Assembly (NCBI GenBank): GCA_013416795.1
Contig: RQSC01000032.1
Span: forward strand, 62,001-126,000
Length of the DNA stretch: 64,000 nucleotides
Source of the DNA: Prasinococcaceae sp. CCMP 1430
Taxonomy: Eukaryota; Plantae; Prasinodermophyta
Direction: 5' to 3'
This document shows positions 1 to 11,648 of the stretch, in pieces. The notes under the pieces were generated by a model. It was not told the origin of the DNA, ran no database searches, and saw only the letters and a program-made list of their open reading frames with translations. Position numbers and translations under genes: made by a program. Positions within the stretch are counted from its first letter, which is position 1, and the number at the start of each line of letters is the position of its first letter.

Positions 1-1945
1 GCAGAGAGGGCGTATAGTAAAACTGAGGACGCACACCGGCATTGGAGGCAAGGAAAGCGCGCTCGTCGGCGTTCTCCCCGTCGTTCCTTTCAACCTCCTG
101 CTGCACGGAAGATGATGCGCGCACCCCCACGGCGCTGATGATTGCATCGAGAGCCTCGCCAACAGCCGCCTTGCGCTCGGCTGCATCGAGGTGCGCGCAC
201 ACTTCCGCGCGCTCGAGCACCGACGTGTCGCGCGCTCGCGATATGCCACGCGCGTGCACTGTCATCGCCGCGCCCCCTTTCGCGACCGTCGGCAGCGGCG
301 GATGCGTGCGCAGCGCCCAGCGCCTCGAAAAGCAGCCCGCGTGACCATCAGGCCGGAAAGCCACTGTGAATGTGCGGCGCTCGCCCGGCAGCAGAGAGCC
401 CTCGTCGGCGTTCAGCGTGAGGGCGCTTCCGGCTCCTCCTTGCCCGCTGGCAAAGGCGAGAGAGCTGACGGCACGTGAGCGCGTGACGCCGGGGACGGCG
501 ACAGGCTCGAGCTCATCCCACGCAAAGTACAGCACAGTTGTGCCAGCATTGGCGAGCTCAAAAGTCGCGCGTGAGGACTCATGCGCTCCGCAGGCGACGC
601 ACACGCGTGGCGTGTCCAGCTCGGCGGCGGGGCCCTCGACCAGGCCGCGAAGGCGCAGCGCGGTCGCCTCCGCTTGGGCGGCAATCGCCGCGGCCGCCGC
701 GCGCGCCTCGGCCTGTTCGGCGAGCGCGGCGCGTGCTTTGCACACCGCCTCCCAGCCACTCGGGTGGTACTGCTCGAGCTCCGCCTCGCATTCGGCCAAC
801 GTGACTACCGACTCGCCCATGGCGGACAACGCCGCCTCTACACTCACGCCGGTGACCTGCAGGCCACGCGCGTCGTCGTGGTCGGGCAGGTGGCCGACGA
901 GCTCGGAGATCTGGCGCGCGTACTGCTTCTTCTTGGCCTTGAATGTAGCGTCGTTAGACCAGTGCGTCTTCACCTCCGAGCGCGGCACTTTGGGCTTGGC
1001 GGCAAGCGGCCTGCGCACGAGCTCAACCTCTTCGGCTTGCGGCCTTTCCGGCACAGGGCAGAAAAGCCCCGAGAAGATGTTGCCCACGGGTACGAAGCGC
1101 GTCCAGTTATCACGCAGGCTCATGGTCCACTGGTCGGAGCCGCGGCGCCTTTCGGCAGGCACGGCCAGGTGCAGCATGTCGTTCTCCTCGCGGCGCTCGC
1201 GAAAGTCCTGGTGGCGCTCCATCACGAGCTCGCTGGGTTCCTTGTTGAATTCCTTGGCAAGTGCCTGCTGCACGGCTGACCACTCGGCTTCTTGGCGATC
1301 GAAGTGGTCCAGCGCGCGCTCCTCCGCACCCGCAATCACGCGCGCGCTGATCGTCGAGTTCAGGTCGGTCGTGCGCACACTGGCATCGGCGTCGGCCCCG
1401 AACGCCTGTGCGCGCGCCTCGCGGAGCCGGACTGCGACCTCGCCCGCCTGAAACCGCGCCTCCGAGCGGCGCGAGAACGCGTCGAGCAGCGCCTCTGCGG
1501 CAGCGGGTTCGATGTTGCCGAGAGCTTGCGCCTCAGCGGCTACTTCCGCGGTCGGGCTGAATGCGGCGCGCGAGCGCTGCTGCGTATCCCTGGTGGGCGA
1601 TGGGCTCGCCACGGGCGTGCTCGTCTGCGCGGGCGCGGAGCGCCGCTCGAGCTCGGCCTGGAACGCCGCCACATCGCCGAGCACGTTCGAGGCGTTGACC
1701 TCTCCACCGACCAACACTGCGTCTGCCACCGCCACCCCGTCCACACCACCGTCTGCGCTGCCACCTTCCGGTTGCGTCACCGGCGCCTCCGCCTGCTGCG
1801 CGGGAGGTGCGGCACCGTCCGCGGCCTGCCCCTCCGGCGGGGCAACGCGCCGGCGCACCTTGAGCGTGCGCCGCCCCGGCGGTGGCCCGGGCCGCACGAG
1901 CTTGTCGACAGCCGTGGGCTCTAGGTGCACGAGCACGTCCGTCAT
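1..1945 (-). CDS. MYCBP-associated protein (MYCBPAP/FAP147-like, ciliary central apparatus), 3' end outside the window
   Basis: Manual translation: ATG at 1945, open to position 1 with no stop, so absent from the ORF track. Contains QQALAKEFNKEPSELVMERHQDFRERREE, WTMSLRDNWTRFVPVGNIFSGLFCP, ELANAGTTVLYFAW and GSLLPGERRTFTVAF...WALRTHP, resembling the MYCBPAP family. Confidence 0.7.
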   Translation of the reverse strand, partial: MTDVLVHLEPTAVDKLVRPGPPPGRRTLKVRRRVAPPEGQAADGAAPPAQQAEAPVTQPEGGSADGGVDGVAVADAVLVGGEVNASNVLGDVAAFQAELERRSAPAQTSTPVASPSPTRDTQQRSRAAFSPTAEVAAEAQALGNIEPAAAEALLDAFSRRSEARFQAGEVAVRLREARAQAFGADADASVRTTDLNSTISARVIAGAEERALDHFDRQEAEWSAVQQALAKEFNKEPSELVMERHQDFRERREENDMLHLAVPAERRRGSDQWTMSLRDNWTRFVPVGNIFSGLFCPVPERPQAEEVELVRRPLAAKPKVPRSEVKTHWSNDATFKAKKKQYARQISELVGHLPDHDDARGLQVTGVSVEAALSAMGESVVTLAECEAELEQYHPSGWEAVCKARAALAEQAEARAAAAAIAAQAEATALRLRGLVEGPAAELDTPRVCVACGAHESSRATFELANAGTTVLYFAWDELEPVAVPGVTRSRAVSSLAFASGQGGAGSALTLNADEGSLLPGERRTFTVAFRPDGHAGCFSRRWALRTHPPLPTVAKGGAAMTVHARGISRARDTSVLERAEVCAHLDAAERKAAVGEALDAIISAVGVRASSSVQQEVERNDGENADERAFLASNAGVRPQFYYTPSL

Positions 1946-2477
1946 GGCCGCCGCCGTCTCTCCCGTCTCCGCTTCCTTGGCCCCCTCCCCGTGCCCGGGC
2001 CAGCGCCGGCGCGTCCACGCGGGCCACTGGGGAACCGAAAGGGAAAAAGGGTGAGCCCAGGCACGCTCGCGCGCGCGCGCGGCCCGGACGCCCCCAACCG
2101 GCTCCCCGAGCCGCGCCGCGCCGCGCGTGTGGCGCCTGCGTGCCAAGCCCCCACCTAACCCTTTGTCTCAACCCCTCGGGACGCCCAAGCCGCGCGCGCG
2201 CGCGCGCGCATCCTTTGCCACCCCCACCACCTCACCCACCCCGGCCTTGGCGCGCGCGCGCGCCCCGACCTCCGAGCTCTGTGCCCAAACCGGGGGGGGG
2301 GGAACACCCCGTGATTCATGGTTCAGGTTAGGCTTGGATTATTTTAGGTTTTAGGGTTTCAAATATGGCGCGGGCTGCATGAGCTCGTTGGGGCTCGGTC
2401 CTAGCTAGACTCTACAAGGCTCTTCCTATTGCGTACGTGCGAGAGATGCCACGCGCTCGCTCTGCGATGGACAAGAG

Positions 2478-4013
2478 CTACAGCGCACCGGTGACGTCCG
2501 CGGGCGCACGTGCACTTGCGGCGATTCCCTCACGCTCGTTTGCACCTGCTGCGCCCTTGGTGCTCGTCGCCGTCGCCTCAGCCTGGCTTTCGCGTCCCGG
2601 TGCTGCCCCCTTCGAAAACACGCGCATTTCTATCAACGAATGTGTCGCCAACGTCAAGAGAATTGCACAGCCAGCACCCAGCCCAACGTCGGAGGGCCTC
2701 TCGAACCCCGCCGCCCACACAAGGAGGGGCGACACAGCAAGCTCGAAGAGCATGATGAGGCTCACCTCGGCGCCGGGTATGAGCACGGCCGCGTAGGAGA
2801 GCAAGGTGAAGCTCGCAGGGATGACGACGAGTCCCACAGCGAGCACTGCACACAGCGCACCCGCGCTGTCGGGCGCCAACGCGCCAAACGTCTCCCCCCG
2901 CTCGCCGTGCAGCGCGATGACAGCCATAAGCGCGGCCAGCAAGTTGCCCAAGATGACGACCATCACCGGCGTGTCGTCTGACTCGGAGTGCCTGTCGATG
3001 CCGCACTTATCGCTCTCGCCCGCCGTGGGCACGCCGACCACCGTCAAGGCGTGCGTGTGCGCGTGCGGCACTTCTAATGCATGCGGATGAGAGGGCTGAC
3101 TTCCCAGTGCCTGCTTCTGGACCTTTGACGAGCCGTTCTTGGCAGGTTCCTTCATCGCGCAGAAGTACAACCCCATGGCGAGCGGCACCGTGAGCGCGAT
3201 GAGGTCGCCCTCGAGGGCGGCAGACGTTTCGCCCTGGCGCATGTACGAGTCTGTGATGACTGCGGCGACAAAGACGACGCATATGCCACACGCGATCCAG
3301 GTGTGCCGTTGAAGCGCCATGCCCAACAGCACATGTTCCCAAACAGCGCCACAGAGCGGCATGAGAGCAACGATGATGAGAACGTTGGCAATCGACGTCA
3401 AATTGGCGGCCAGTTGGAATCCGATGCTCTGCGCGGCGTACAGAATTGAGCCGCCCAGCAGGCGGCGGCCGCGGGCTGCGCGCACGCGATGCGAGTTCAT
3501 GCGCCGGAGCAGCGCCTTCGGGTCGGCCCGAGCTCGTACCACCATGAGCAGGAAAAGCACCGCGGCGCTGCACACGCCACGCCACTCAAGCTGAGCCCAT
3601 CCGTTCAAATTCTAGGGGCGACCATCGTGGCAGGGGCAGTAGCGATGCCCGGACGAGAAGACAAGCCGGGGGGGGCGCCGTCGAGGCACGCGTGCGCGAG
3701 CATGGCGAGTGGGCTTAGCGTCAGTGTTTCATCGCTAGACTAAAAAAAGGCTACAGCGCGGATGGCGCGCGAAGGCACACACGCCTAGCACGCGCTGGCA
3801 GCTGTGGAAGTGCCGAGTGCGCACGCTGTTGGCGCGCCTTGATCCGCGTTGGACAAACAAGCGCGCACGCGCGCAGGTAGCGCGTGTACGCACCTGCCTA
3901 GTGCTGAGCTGCCCGTATCGGATGAGAAGGCCGTCAGGCGTGAGGACCAGGATGCCCAACGCTGCCAGGAGGCGCCCTCGCCCCTTGTCGGACTTGGCAA
4001 TGTCGCTTATCAT
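2478..4013 (-). CDS. EamA/DMT-family transporter, 2 exons (3894-4013, 2478-3611)
   Basis: Exon 1 LLAALGILVLTPDGLLIR, donor CAG|GTGCGT, acceptor CCCCTAG|. About 10 hydrophobic segments in two EamA-like halves (SIANVLIIVALMPL; IPGAEVSLIMLFELAVSPLLVW). Confidence 0.8.
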
Positions 4014-4923
4014 CCGCTCTCCCCACTCTCTCGCGCGCTCTCACTCTTTCTTGTGCACGCGCCCTACAACCGCACCGGCCGCGGCCGCGGCCGCACTAGT
4101 CTCGGCCGCAGCCGCGGCCGCGGCCACGGACGCGAGCGCGCGCCGTGCGCTCCCTGGCCGAGCTCTGCCGCCAGGCTTCGAGCACGAGTCTCCCCCCTTT
4201 CCCCGCCCCGGGCCGAATCACTCCTTGCACCCTTGTCCTCCCCACTGCCCTTGCCACAAACAACTTCTCCCGCTAGCTAGCTCGAGAGCGAGAGACACAG
4301 GATGCGAAGGAGGGAGGGAGGGAGGAAGGGAGGGAGGGAGACGCCGTGCCGTGCGGCGCCGCGCTCCCTCAACCGCAGTGCCGCCGCGCGCGCGCGCCGC
4401 GCGCGCAATTTCTGCCCGCATGCGTTTTGATGGCGCACCCGTTCCCCTCGCGGGCGCGCGGCCCGGCGGCTCTCGCGCTGCGAAGGTTCGGCTCGGCGCA
4501 TGCCTTTTTGATGGGAAGATTGGGCATGGATGTAGGCGAGGAGCTCGGATTTGTGCTAAACGTCGCCCGACGCTGGCTTTCGAACGGGTCTTTTCATCGC
4601 ATCAAACTGGCAGAGGCGTTGCGTTGCCTTCATGCCTGACGCGTCGTTAGAGGGGAAGCACGGGGTGTGCCGCACATCATGTAGTACCATCTGATGGTCG
4701 AATGAGTGCCTTTCGAGCTTGAATCATGCACCAACCAAGAGGACATGCTCCTGGTCGGGCTTCCACATGCGGACGGGCGACGGGAGGGTGTCGCCACACC
4801 GCCCTGGCTCCGAGGGCCGGGGGCGCCGCGCCGCGCCTCGAGGCGTGAGGGTCGAGGGAGAAGCAATTGCCGCGCGAGATCGACGACAACTACTGCACAG
4901 CTTCTTACAACATTCTGCCAAGC

Positions 4924-6863
4924 TCACATGTGTTCCTCCACGGCGAGCTCAGTGGCGGCCCAGCGCATGTAGCGCTGCGCCTGGAACGGCCTCGCCTTCT
5001 GCACGCGCTTTGCGGGCTGAAAGAACTCGTAGGCGCCCATGAACAGATGCAGGTAGGCAGCGGCCGCGGCAAAGCCAACGCCCATGAACCCGCCGACGCT
5101 GGCGTAGCACGCAAGCCGCTCGCGCAGCGAACGTCGCGGTTGTCCGAGTGCGTCCTGGTACACGACTTCTGTGCGCTTGGCCACGTCGGGCCACGAGTAC
5201 ATTGCGGCAACGCGCGCGTGCACTGACGCACGCGCGGTCTCGGGATGGGCGCGCTCTATGCCCTCCAACACTGCCGCAGCGAGGGCGCCTGCCTCGGGTT
5301 CTGCCAGCAGCATCAGGTCCGGCGGCAGAACCTGCGCGCGGCACGGGAACACCGACAGAAACGATGTCGCCATCCGAGTCCGCACGCGCTCGCGCTGGCG
5401 TCAGTGCAGGCATGGGATGTGCCCGCGCCCACCGAGCGGGTGGGGAGGCAGCAGACGATGCAGCAGATGGCGCTCTGTGTGTTCGTGCACGCGCGCAAAT
5501 TCGCACCTCCGGCACCCCCCCGACGCGTGTGCTGACTACCATGAGCCCGGCGGCAGCCGCCTCCACTACTGCCATGCAGAAGGCTTCGGTGAGCGAACAG
5601 CTGAGAAACACGCGTCCGCGGTTGAGCACACTGCACACGTCGTCGTGGCGCACGCCCCCCAGCAGCTCAACTCGACGCTGCAGGCCATGAAGCTCTACCA
5701 TCTGTTCGAGCTGCCCACGGCGTGGGCCATCGCCACCGATCACGAATCGCACGCCTGGGTGAGACGCGCACACTGCAGGCACCACCTGCACCAGCAGGTC
5801 AACGCCCTTACGGTAAGTCAGACGGTTCATCACCACCACCGTCAGGTAAGGGTCGGCGGAAGACACATCTGTACCAGTGCCTCCAGCGTCATCAATCGCG
5901 CTGGACGCGACTTCGCCACTGCTGCTGACGTCGGCTTGGCCGTCGCTCTCATGTCCGTGGCACGAATCAGGTCTCTCGCCAGAGTGCGACGCCTCGCGGG
6001 GCGCAAATTGCTCGGCATCCACGGCATTGGGAATGACGTACACCAGCTCTGGCCGCACGCCACTGCGCAGCACTGAGTTCTCCTTCGAGACGTGGGATAC
6101 ACACACCACCGCCTGAATTTCCGCCAGAGTCCACCTGCGGTCGGCGCGGGCCATTGGCGTGCAGGACAGGCACAGAAGCGCGCCAGCAGCAACATGCGCC
6201 GGTCAATCACACACCCTGTATCGGTCAACGATCGCCAGCGCGCGTCGTTGCACCCGCGCTGGAGTGCGCGCATGCCCACGCACCTTAGGAGTTGGTTGGT
6301 GAGTATGCTGGCGGTATCCGCGAACCCGAAGAGCGAGTGATCGGTGAAGACGCACGGGATACCCAGAGCACGAGCGGCGTGCACGGCCTCGTGGGCGAGC
6401 GCCGAGCAGTTCTGGTGCGCGTGAACGACGTCAATCGCTTCGCGCAGTGCGACGGCACGCACGAGCGCCGCGCTGCCGAAGGCAGTTGGCAGCGACGTGC
6501 CCCAAGGCATCTCGAGCCTCGGCGCGTAGTACACCTGCGCATGTAAGGGTTGCAACACATTTGCACGAGCAGGCGAGGGTGTGAGCGGTGTGCACGTTGG
6601 AGCGTTGCCATGCGCGCGCGCACGAGCGCCTGCAAGTGTGAGCCCGTGCGTGTGCGCGATTGCAAGATCCCCTCCCGCACCTTGAGCCCGTTTGTCATCC
6701 ACCTCACACCCCTGCGTGCGCCGCGCGAGCGCGTGAGAACACACACGGCGTGCCCGCGTGCGATGAGCCCCTGCGCGAGCGAGTACACGTGGCACTCGAC
6801 GCCACCGGCATCAGGGTAGAAGAAGTCGGTCGACATCATGATGCGCAGGGGCCGGGCCGCCAT
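4924..6863 (-). CDS. PIGA: Phosphatidylinositol N-acetylglucosaminyltransferase subunit A (GPI biosynthesis), 4 exons (6681-6863, 6284-6534, 5507-6134, 4924-5331)
   Basis: Motifs [47 protein letters not shown] and [14 protein letters not shown]. Canonical GT-AG junctions keep the frame. Confidence 0.95.
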
Positions 6864-7126
6864 CTCGGCGTGCGCGCCGCGGGCGCTCGCGCTAGCGCCT
6901 GAGCGCGTGCACGGCGCGGCCCAGCATGCAGCGCGCGCGCGGGCGCGCAGCAGCGCCTGCCCACGCGGGCGCGCCTCTCCACACGCGTGGCGCAGGAGCG
7001 CTCCTCGGGGGCGGGCGCGCGCCGGCCGGCGCCGCGCAGGCCGGCGCTGCAACGCACCTTGCCGCGTTGCTCCGGGCTTGCCACAGTCCCCACCCCACCC
7101 CGTCGCCGGCCATCTTGGCGACCGCG

Positions 7127-8698
7127 ATGGCATTTTCTTCCGCTGTGCGCATCGCCGACGTCAACGACTTCATCGCGCCCTCGCAGGCATGCGTCGTGGG
7201 CATCAATGGTGGTAGCAAAGACGCCAAGGCGGCGTACGCGCTCGAGACAGCAGCTGTAGTGGGCGACGCGGGCGCCGTGCAGATTCACGGCCGCGACGAC
7301 GACCTGAGCATGGCGCCCACACCGTCGCCGGGCGGATTTGGGTTTGCGCAGGCGGGGGTGGATGGAGGCACGACTGCAGTCAAGGTGACGCTCAACGACT
7401 GCCTCGCGTGCAGCGGCTGCGTGACGAGCGCGGAGACGGTGCTCATGGAGGCACAGAGCGGCGAGCAGCTGCTCACGGCGCTAGACGCCGCGGCACAAGG
7501 GGCGGCGGGCGCCGCGCGGGTAGTGGTGTCGCTCGCGCCGCAGACTATCGCGAGCGTGGCAGCTGCTGCTGGCCTGAGCGTGGCCGTTACGCGGCGACGA
7601 CTCTGTGCGGCGCTCAAGCGCGGCCTCGGCGCAGCGGCGGTGTACGACGTGGCGGAGGGCCGTGACCTCGCCCTGGCGGAGGCGTGCCTGGAGTTCGTCC
7701 AGCGCTACCGTGGCCGGGCAGCAGGCGCGCCGCTGCCGCTGCTCGCATCGTCATGCCCGGGCTGGGTGTGCTACGCAGAGAAAACGGCCGGTAGCTACGT
7801 GCTGCCACACATCTCGACCGTGAAGAGCCCGCAGGCAGTTGCCGGGGCGCTCATCAAACGGGCAGCTTCGGGTGCAGGCGCGAGGGTATTGCACGCCGCA
7901 GTGATGCCATGCGCCGACAAGAAGCTGGAGGCCAGCCGTGACGAACTCACACTCGGCGGTGAGCCCGAGTGCGATCTGGTGCTTACTACAATCGAGCTGC
8001 AGGACATGCTGCGCACCCGAGGCATTGATATTGCTGCTGGAGGGGGCCCAGAGGATGACGTTGATGCGCTCATCGAGCTGGTCGCTCCACGCGCCGCGGC
8101 GGACGGCGGTACGGAGACGATGGACATTGACGGTCTCGCGGGGGACGCGCAGCGGGCATCGGCACCACTCGGAGGCTCGGGCGGGTGGGTGGAAACAGTC
8201 GCGCGCTTTGCATGCACGGAACTCTTTGGCACCCCGCCACCGCCAGGGCCGCTGCCGCTCGCGCCGCTGCGCAAGCGCTCAGGGGCTGACTTCCAAGTGT
8301 GCGAGCTGCCACCTCCACCAGGGGTCGACATGCCGCCGCTTCGATTCGCCACCGTGTACGGGTTCAAGTCCATCCAAGGTCTGCTGCGCAAATTGAAGAC
8401 CAAGACCTGCGACTACGATTACGTGGAAGTGATGGCCTGCCCGGGTGGCTGCCTGAATGGCGGCGGCCAGTTGCGCCCGCCCGAGGGCGTCACGGCACGA
8501 GAGAGGCTCGCCGAGGTGGACAGCGCGTACCACTCGGCAGCAGAGCAGGACCAGATGCCATGGCGCGCGCCGCTGGTGCGCGCTACCCACGGCGCGCTCG
8601 GCGGCGATGGCGGCGCGTCCACAGCCGCGAGGGAGGCGTTGCGCACCAGCTACAAGCTCCGAGAGAAGCCAGCCGCGCTGCAGGCGACCAACTGGTGA
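7127..8698 (+). CDS. NAR1: Cytosolic Fe-S assembly factor NAR1/NARFL (hydrogenase-like)
   Basis: [62 protein letters not shown] and [17 protein letters not shown]. Confidence 0.95.
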   Translation: MAFSSAVRIADVNDFIAPSQACVVGINGGSKDAKAAYALETAAVVGDAGAVQIHGRDDDLSMAPTPSPGGFGFAQAGVDGGTTAVKVTLNDCLACSGCVTSAETVLMEAQSGEQLLTALDAAAQGAAGAARVVVSLAPQTIASVAAAAGLSVAVTRRRLCAALKRGLGAAAVYDVAEGRDLALAEACLEFVQRYRGRAAGAPLPLLASSCPGWVCYAEKTAGSYVLPHISTVKSPQAVAGALIKRAASGAGARVLHAAVMPCADKKLEASRDELTLGGEPECDLVLTTIELQDMLRTRGIDIAAGGGPEDDVDALIELVAPRAAADGGTETMDIDGLAGDAQRASAPLGGSGGWVETVARFACTELFGTPPPPGPLPLAPLRKRSGADFQVCELPPPPGVDMPPLRFATVYGFKSIQGLLRKLKTKTCDYDYVEVMACPGGCLNGGGQLRPPEGVTARERLAEVDSAYHSAAEQDQMPWRAPLVRATHGALGGDGGASTAAREALRTSYKLREKPAALQATNW

Positions 8699-8787
8699 CG
8701 CGGCTGCTCGCGCGCGGGGCAATGCTCCTGGTGGCCGGCGGTAATGAATTAATATGATACATACGTAGGCAGCAGACGACGCGCTGA

Positions 8788-11214
8788 CTAGGAAACTGAC
8801 AGGAGCTCCATTCGCAGCCGAAGGACATCGTTCCGAAGCTGCTCGTCGAGGAGATCCTCTCTTAGCTCGGCATCTAGCTCGGACCACTTCTTCGCGAGAT
8901 AGCATAGGGCCTTGTCGCGAGCAGCGCTGAAGGCAAGCAAAGGGTACATACCTGAAGCGACACGCGCAGCCGCGGCCGCGGCCTCGGCTTTGACGTCACA
9001 TTCGGAGGCGGGCCGCACGTGAGCCCCGCTACAGCCATCATCAAGGGCTTCCAACAACGCGCGCTCGATGGCGCTGGCTGCGTCATCCTCTTTGCTAGCA
9101 CCTCCGTTGTTGCCAATGCCGACGAGACTGGGGCCAATCATCCACAAGTCGGCAAGTGTAGCCGCGTTGGCGAGGGCAGGCAGCGAAGTAGCCCCGCGCG
9201 GCAGCGTGCGCGTGCACATCCACATCCACAGAGCATGAGCACCCGACGTACTCACTCCCTGCTCTGCTGGCGACCGCGTCCAGCGTTCAGCAGCGAACGC
9301 ATCGCGGATGCGGGGGCTGAAGAGTGGGCTGTGCGCTGCAAGGACCGCCAAGCTCATGCGCACGCACGCGCGCGTGTGAGCAGGCCCTTCCGAGTCTGCG
9401 ACACTGGAGGTGCTTGAAGCATCGCCGTCGTTGCACCTTCCTTCCATCATTTCATCGCAGCACTGCACCATAAAATCACAGTAGCTGGCCCGGTCCTCCG
9501 CTGACGGCTGTGATTCAGTGCATCCTCTCTCGCGAGCAGCCCCAGCGTTCTGTGCACTCTCGTCGACGCATTCTTTGGGCGCGAGCACGACGGGCGACCA
9601 GAGTGCTTCGATCCCAACCGCGAGAGGCAGGCGTACCCTCAGCGCGCTCGCCAGCTTGTGAAGGCCCAGAGCCTTTGAGAGTGCGAGCAAGTTGGCGGCT
9701 TGTTCGGGCGCGTCGTCGAGCGTCGCCTCTCCGCAATAGATGTGCTCGAGTGCCGCATCGAGCGCCGCCGCACCCGCCGCCCTCGTGGCGTCGAGCACTT
9801 TCTCGTCTCTTCCTTCAGCAGCCGCGAGGAGTGGTGGGCACCGTGCACTCAGCACTATGCCATGTGCTCGTCGCGAGTGTGGCAGCTGGACGTCGGCGTA
9901 CGCGCCCTGGAGTGGGGCGCCGCGCAACAATATGCGTAGGCGCGCTCCAAGCGCGCATGGCAGCCCCACATGTAGCCGCCCGGTGAGGCGCGCGGCAGCG
10001 GCACGCGCGGCGGAGGCCCACTTGCGCGAGTTAGGCGCACGGCGCTCTGCGCAGAGAGCACTGAGCGCAGGCTCAGCACACACCGCTAGCCACGCTAGCT
10101 CGTCGTTGGAGATGAAAGCCGCGCCAGCCTCGATGAGTACCGCCAGCAGCCGGCAGCGCGCCTCCACGGTGGCCTCGTTCAACGCGCCCCCTTCTACCGC
10201 CGACGCCGTCTCCGGCATCGCCCGCAGCAGCGCCTCTGGTACCCCACGTCCGATCATGGCCTCGCATGTGGACGGCAGGCCACACAACGCGCTCGCCAGA
10301 AGTGCCTGCTCGGCGGCCATGGTAAACCTCTTACCTGGTTCGGTCCATCCGCCGATCAGCGACAGCAACGAGTCGCTGGGCTTGCCATCCAGCACATCCA
10401 CGGGCTCGCCTGCCAACGGCAAGCTCCAATCGCCGACCGCAACGACCAGCCCCGCGGCAAGCGCGCCACGCGCGAGTGCGTCGGTCGCGGCCCTAGCATG
10501 GCCAAGCGCTATCCCATCGTGTCGTTGGTGGTGGGTCATCAACGTGATGACGTCCGCAGCGCATGCCGCCGCAGCCAGTGATGGCGGTGGGCGCGCAGGC
10601 GTGCCGAGCGAGCACGTCGCCGCTGCGAGCGAGCGCACGGCCACCTCGACAACGCGGAAGAGCTCCTCGTGCAGACAACGCGTGTCCTTCGCACGCGTGT
10701 GCGCAAGGGTCGCTGCGCAGCGCCTCGCGACTCGCCACACGCGCTCGCCATCGCGCACGTTCCACAGCGAGAGATTCGGGTCCATGGCCGCCAAGGCCGC
10801 GCGCGCGCAGAAAGCCGAGCGTGCCAGCGCCTCGGCAGTCATGCGACCGGTTGTCCCGCTTCCGAAGGCGAGCGCCTCAGCTACTCGCAGTGCGCTCACT
10901 GCAGAGGACTTTGGCGCCACGCGCGCGCACGCCTCGGCGACGGCCTCCGCTGCAGAGTGCAGTGCTGTCAGCGCAGTACACGTGCGCTCGCGCCAACACT
11001 GCCTGGCGCGCAGCCTGGTAGCGAGGGTCGAGCGCGCGCACGTACCCGCCGCGTCGGCGACTTCTCGCAGGACGTCATCGCCTCCACGGGCCGCCGCGGC
11101 ACTGGCCGCCTGCGCGCTCACCGCCCCGAGCGCAGCGCGCCGCACAGCCGCATGTGGGGAGCGCAGCAAGCGTGCCGTCTCGAAGAGGCTCTCCTCCTCT
11201 GCCGCCGCCGGCAT
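8788..11214 (-). CDS. ARM-like plus double BTB/POZ protein (At1g04390-like)
   Basis: Helical Ala/Leu-rich N-half, then BTB-like RAHGIVLSARCPPLL...LDAALEHIYCG and a second BTB-like MSLAVLAAHSPLF...LWMWMCT. ATG at 11214. Confidence 0.6.
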   Translation of the reverse strand: MPAAAEEESLFETARLLRSPHAAVRRAALGAVSAQAASAAAARGGDDVLREVADAAGTCARSTLATRLRARQCWRERTCTALTALHSAAEAVAEACARVAPKSSAVSALRVAEALAFGSGTTGRMTAEALARSAFCARAALAAMDPNLSLWNVRDGERVWRVARRCAATLAHTRAKDTRCLHEELFRVVEVAVRSLAAATCSLGTPARPPPSLAAAACAADVITLMTHHQRHDGIALGHARAATDALARGALAAGLVVAVGDWSLPLAGEPVDVLDGKPSDSLLSLIGGWTEPGKRFTMAAEQALLASALCGLPSTCEAMIGRGVPEALLRAMPETASAVEGGALNEATVEARCRLLAVLIEAGAAFISNDELAWLAVCAEPALSALCAERRAPNSRKWASAARAAAARLTGRLHVGLPCALGARLRILLRGAPLQGAYADVQLPHSRRAHGIVLSARCPPLLAAAEGRDEKVLDATRAAGAAALDAALEHIYCGEATLDDAPEQAANLLALSKALGLHKLASALRVRLPLAVGIEALWSPVVLAPKECVDESAQNAGAARERGCTESQPSAEDRASYCDFMVQCCDEMMEGRCNDGDASSTSSVADSEGPAHTRACVRMSLAVLAAHSPLFSPRIRDAFAAERWTRSPAEQGVSTSGAHALWMWMCTRTLPRGATSLPALANAATLADLWMIGPSLVGIGNNGGASKEDDAASAIERALLEALDDGCSGAHVRPASECDVKAEAAAAAARVASGMYPLLAFSAARDKALCYLAKKWSELDAELREDLLDEQLRNDVLRLRMELLSVS

Positions 11215-11648
11215 CCTGGCGTGGCACGACGGCACGGCGCTGGCCAGCGCAGGCCCGCCGAGCGGCTGCGGGACGCGCGCCCGTCCTTCCTTCGCGGCCG
11301 CGGCCACGCGGCCGCGGCCGCAGCCGCGTCACCCGCGCTGTCGAATTCTTCCTCCGGGTAGGTGTCCCGCAGCCGCGTCCCACGCGGCCGCTCACCACAC
11401 GGTCGCGCAGCCTTGCCGGCGCAACTTGTGGCGCTCGCGCGCGGCGCGAAACGTGTGGGCAGTGGAGGGAGCGGACCCCCGCGACGCGCCGCCACAGTCC
11501 GCGCGCGCAGACGGCGGCGCGGGCGGCGCCCGTCGGGCAGGCCGCGGTACGGGCTGGGGCGGGGCGTGCGCGGCAGTGGATGCCAGTGCTGCAGGTCCCT
11601 GTGCTAAGCGCGGAGGGGCGCATCCTGGGCCGCACCCATCCGCAGCCC

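Noticed and set aside
366-1451. 361-aa plus-strand ORF
   Set aside because: Antisense shadow of the MYCBPAP-like CDS. It is S/A/R-rich with no motifs, and high GC suppresses stop codons.
2325-2360. TTAGG/TTTTAGGG telomere-like stretch (also TAACCCTAACC at about 29259)
   Set aside because: Only one or two imperfect units. At most a telo-box-like motif, not an interstitial telomere array.
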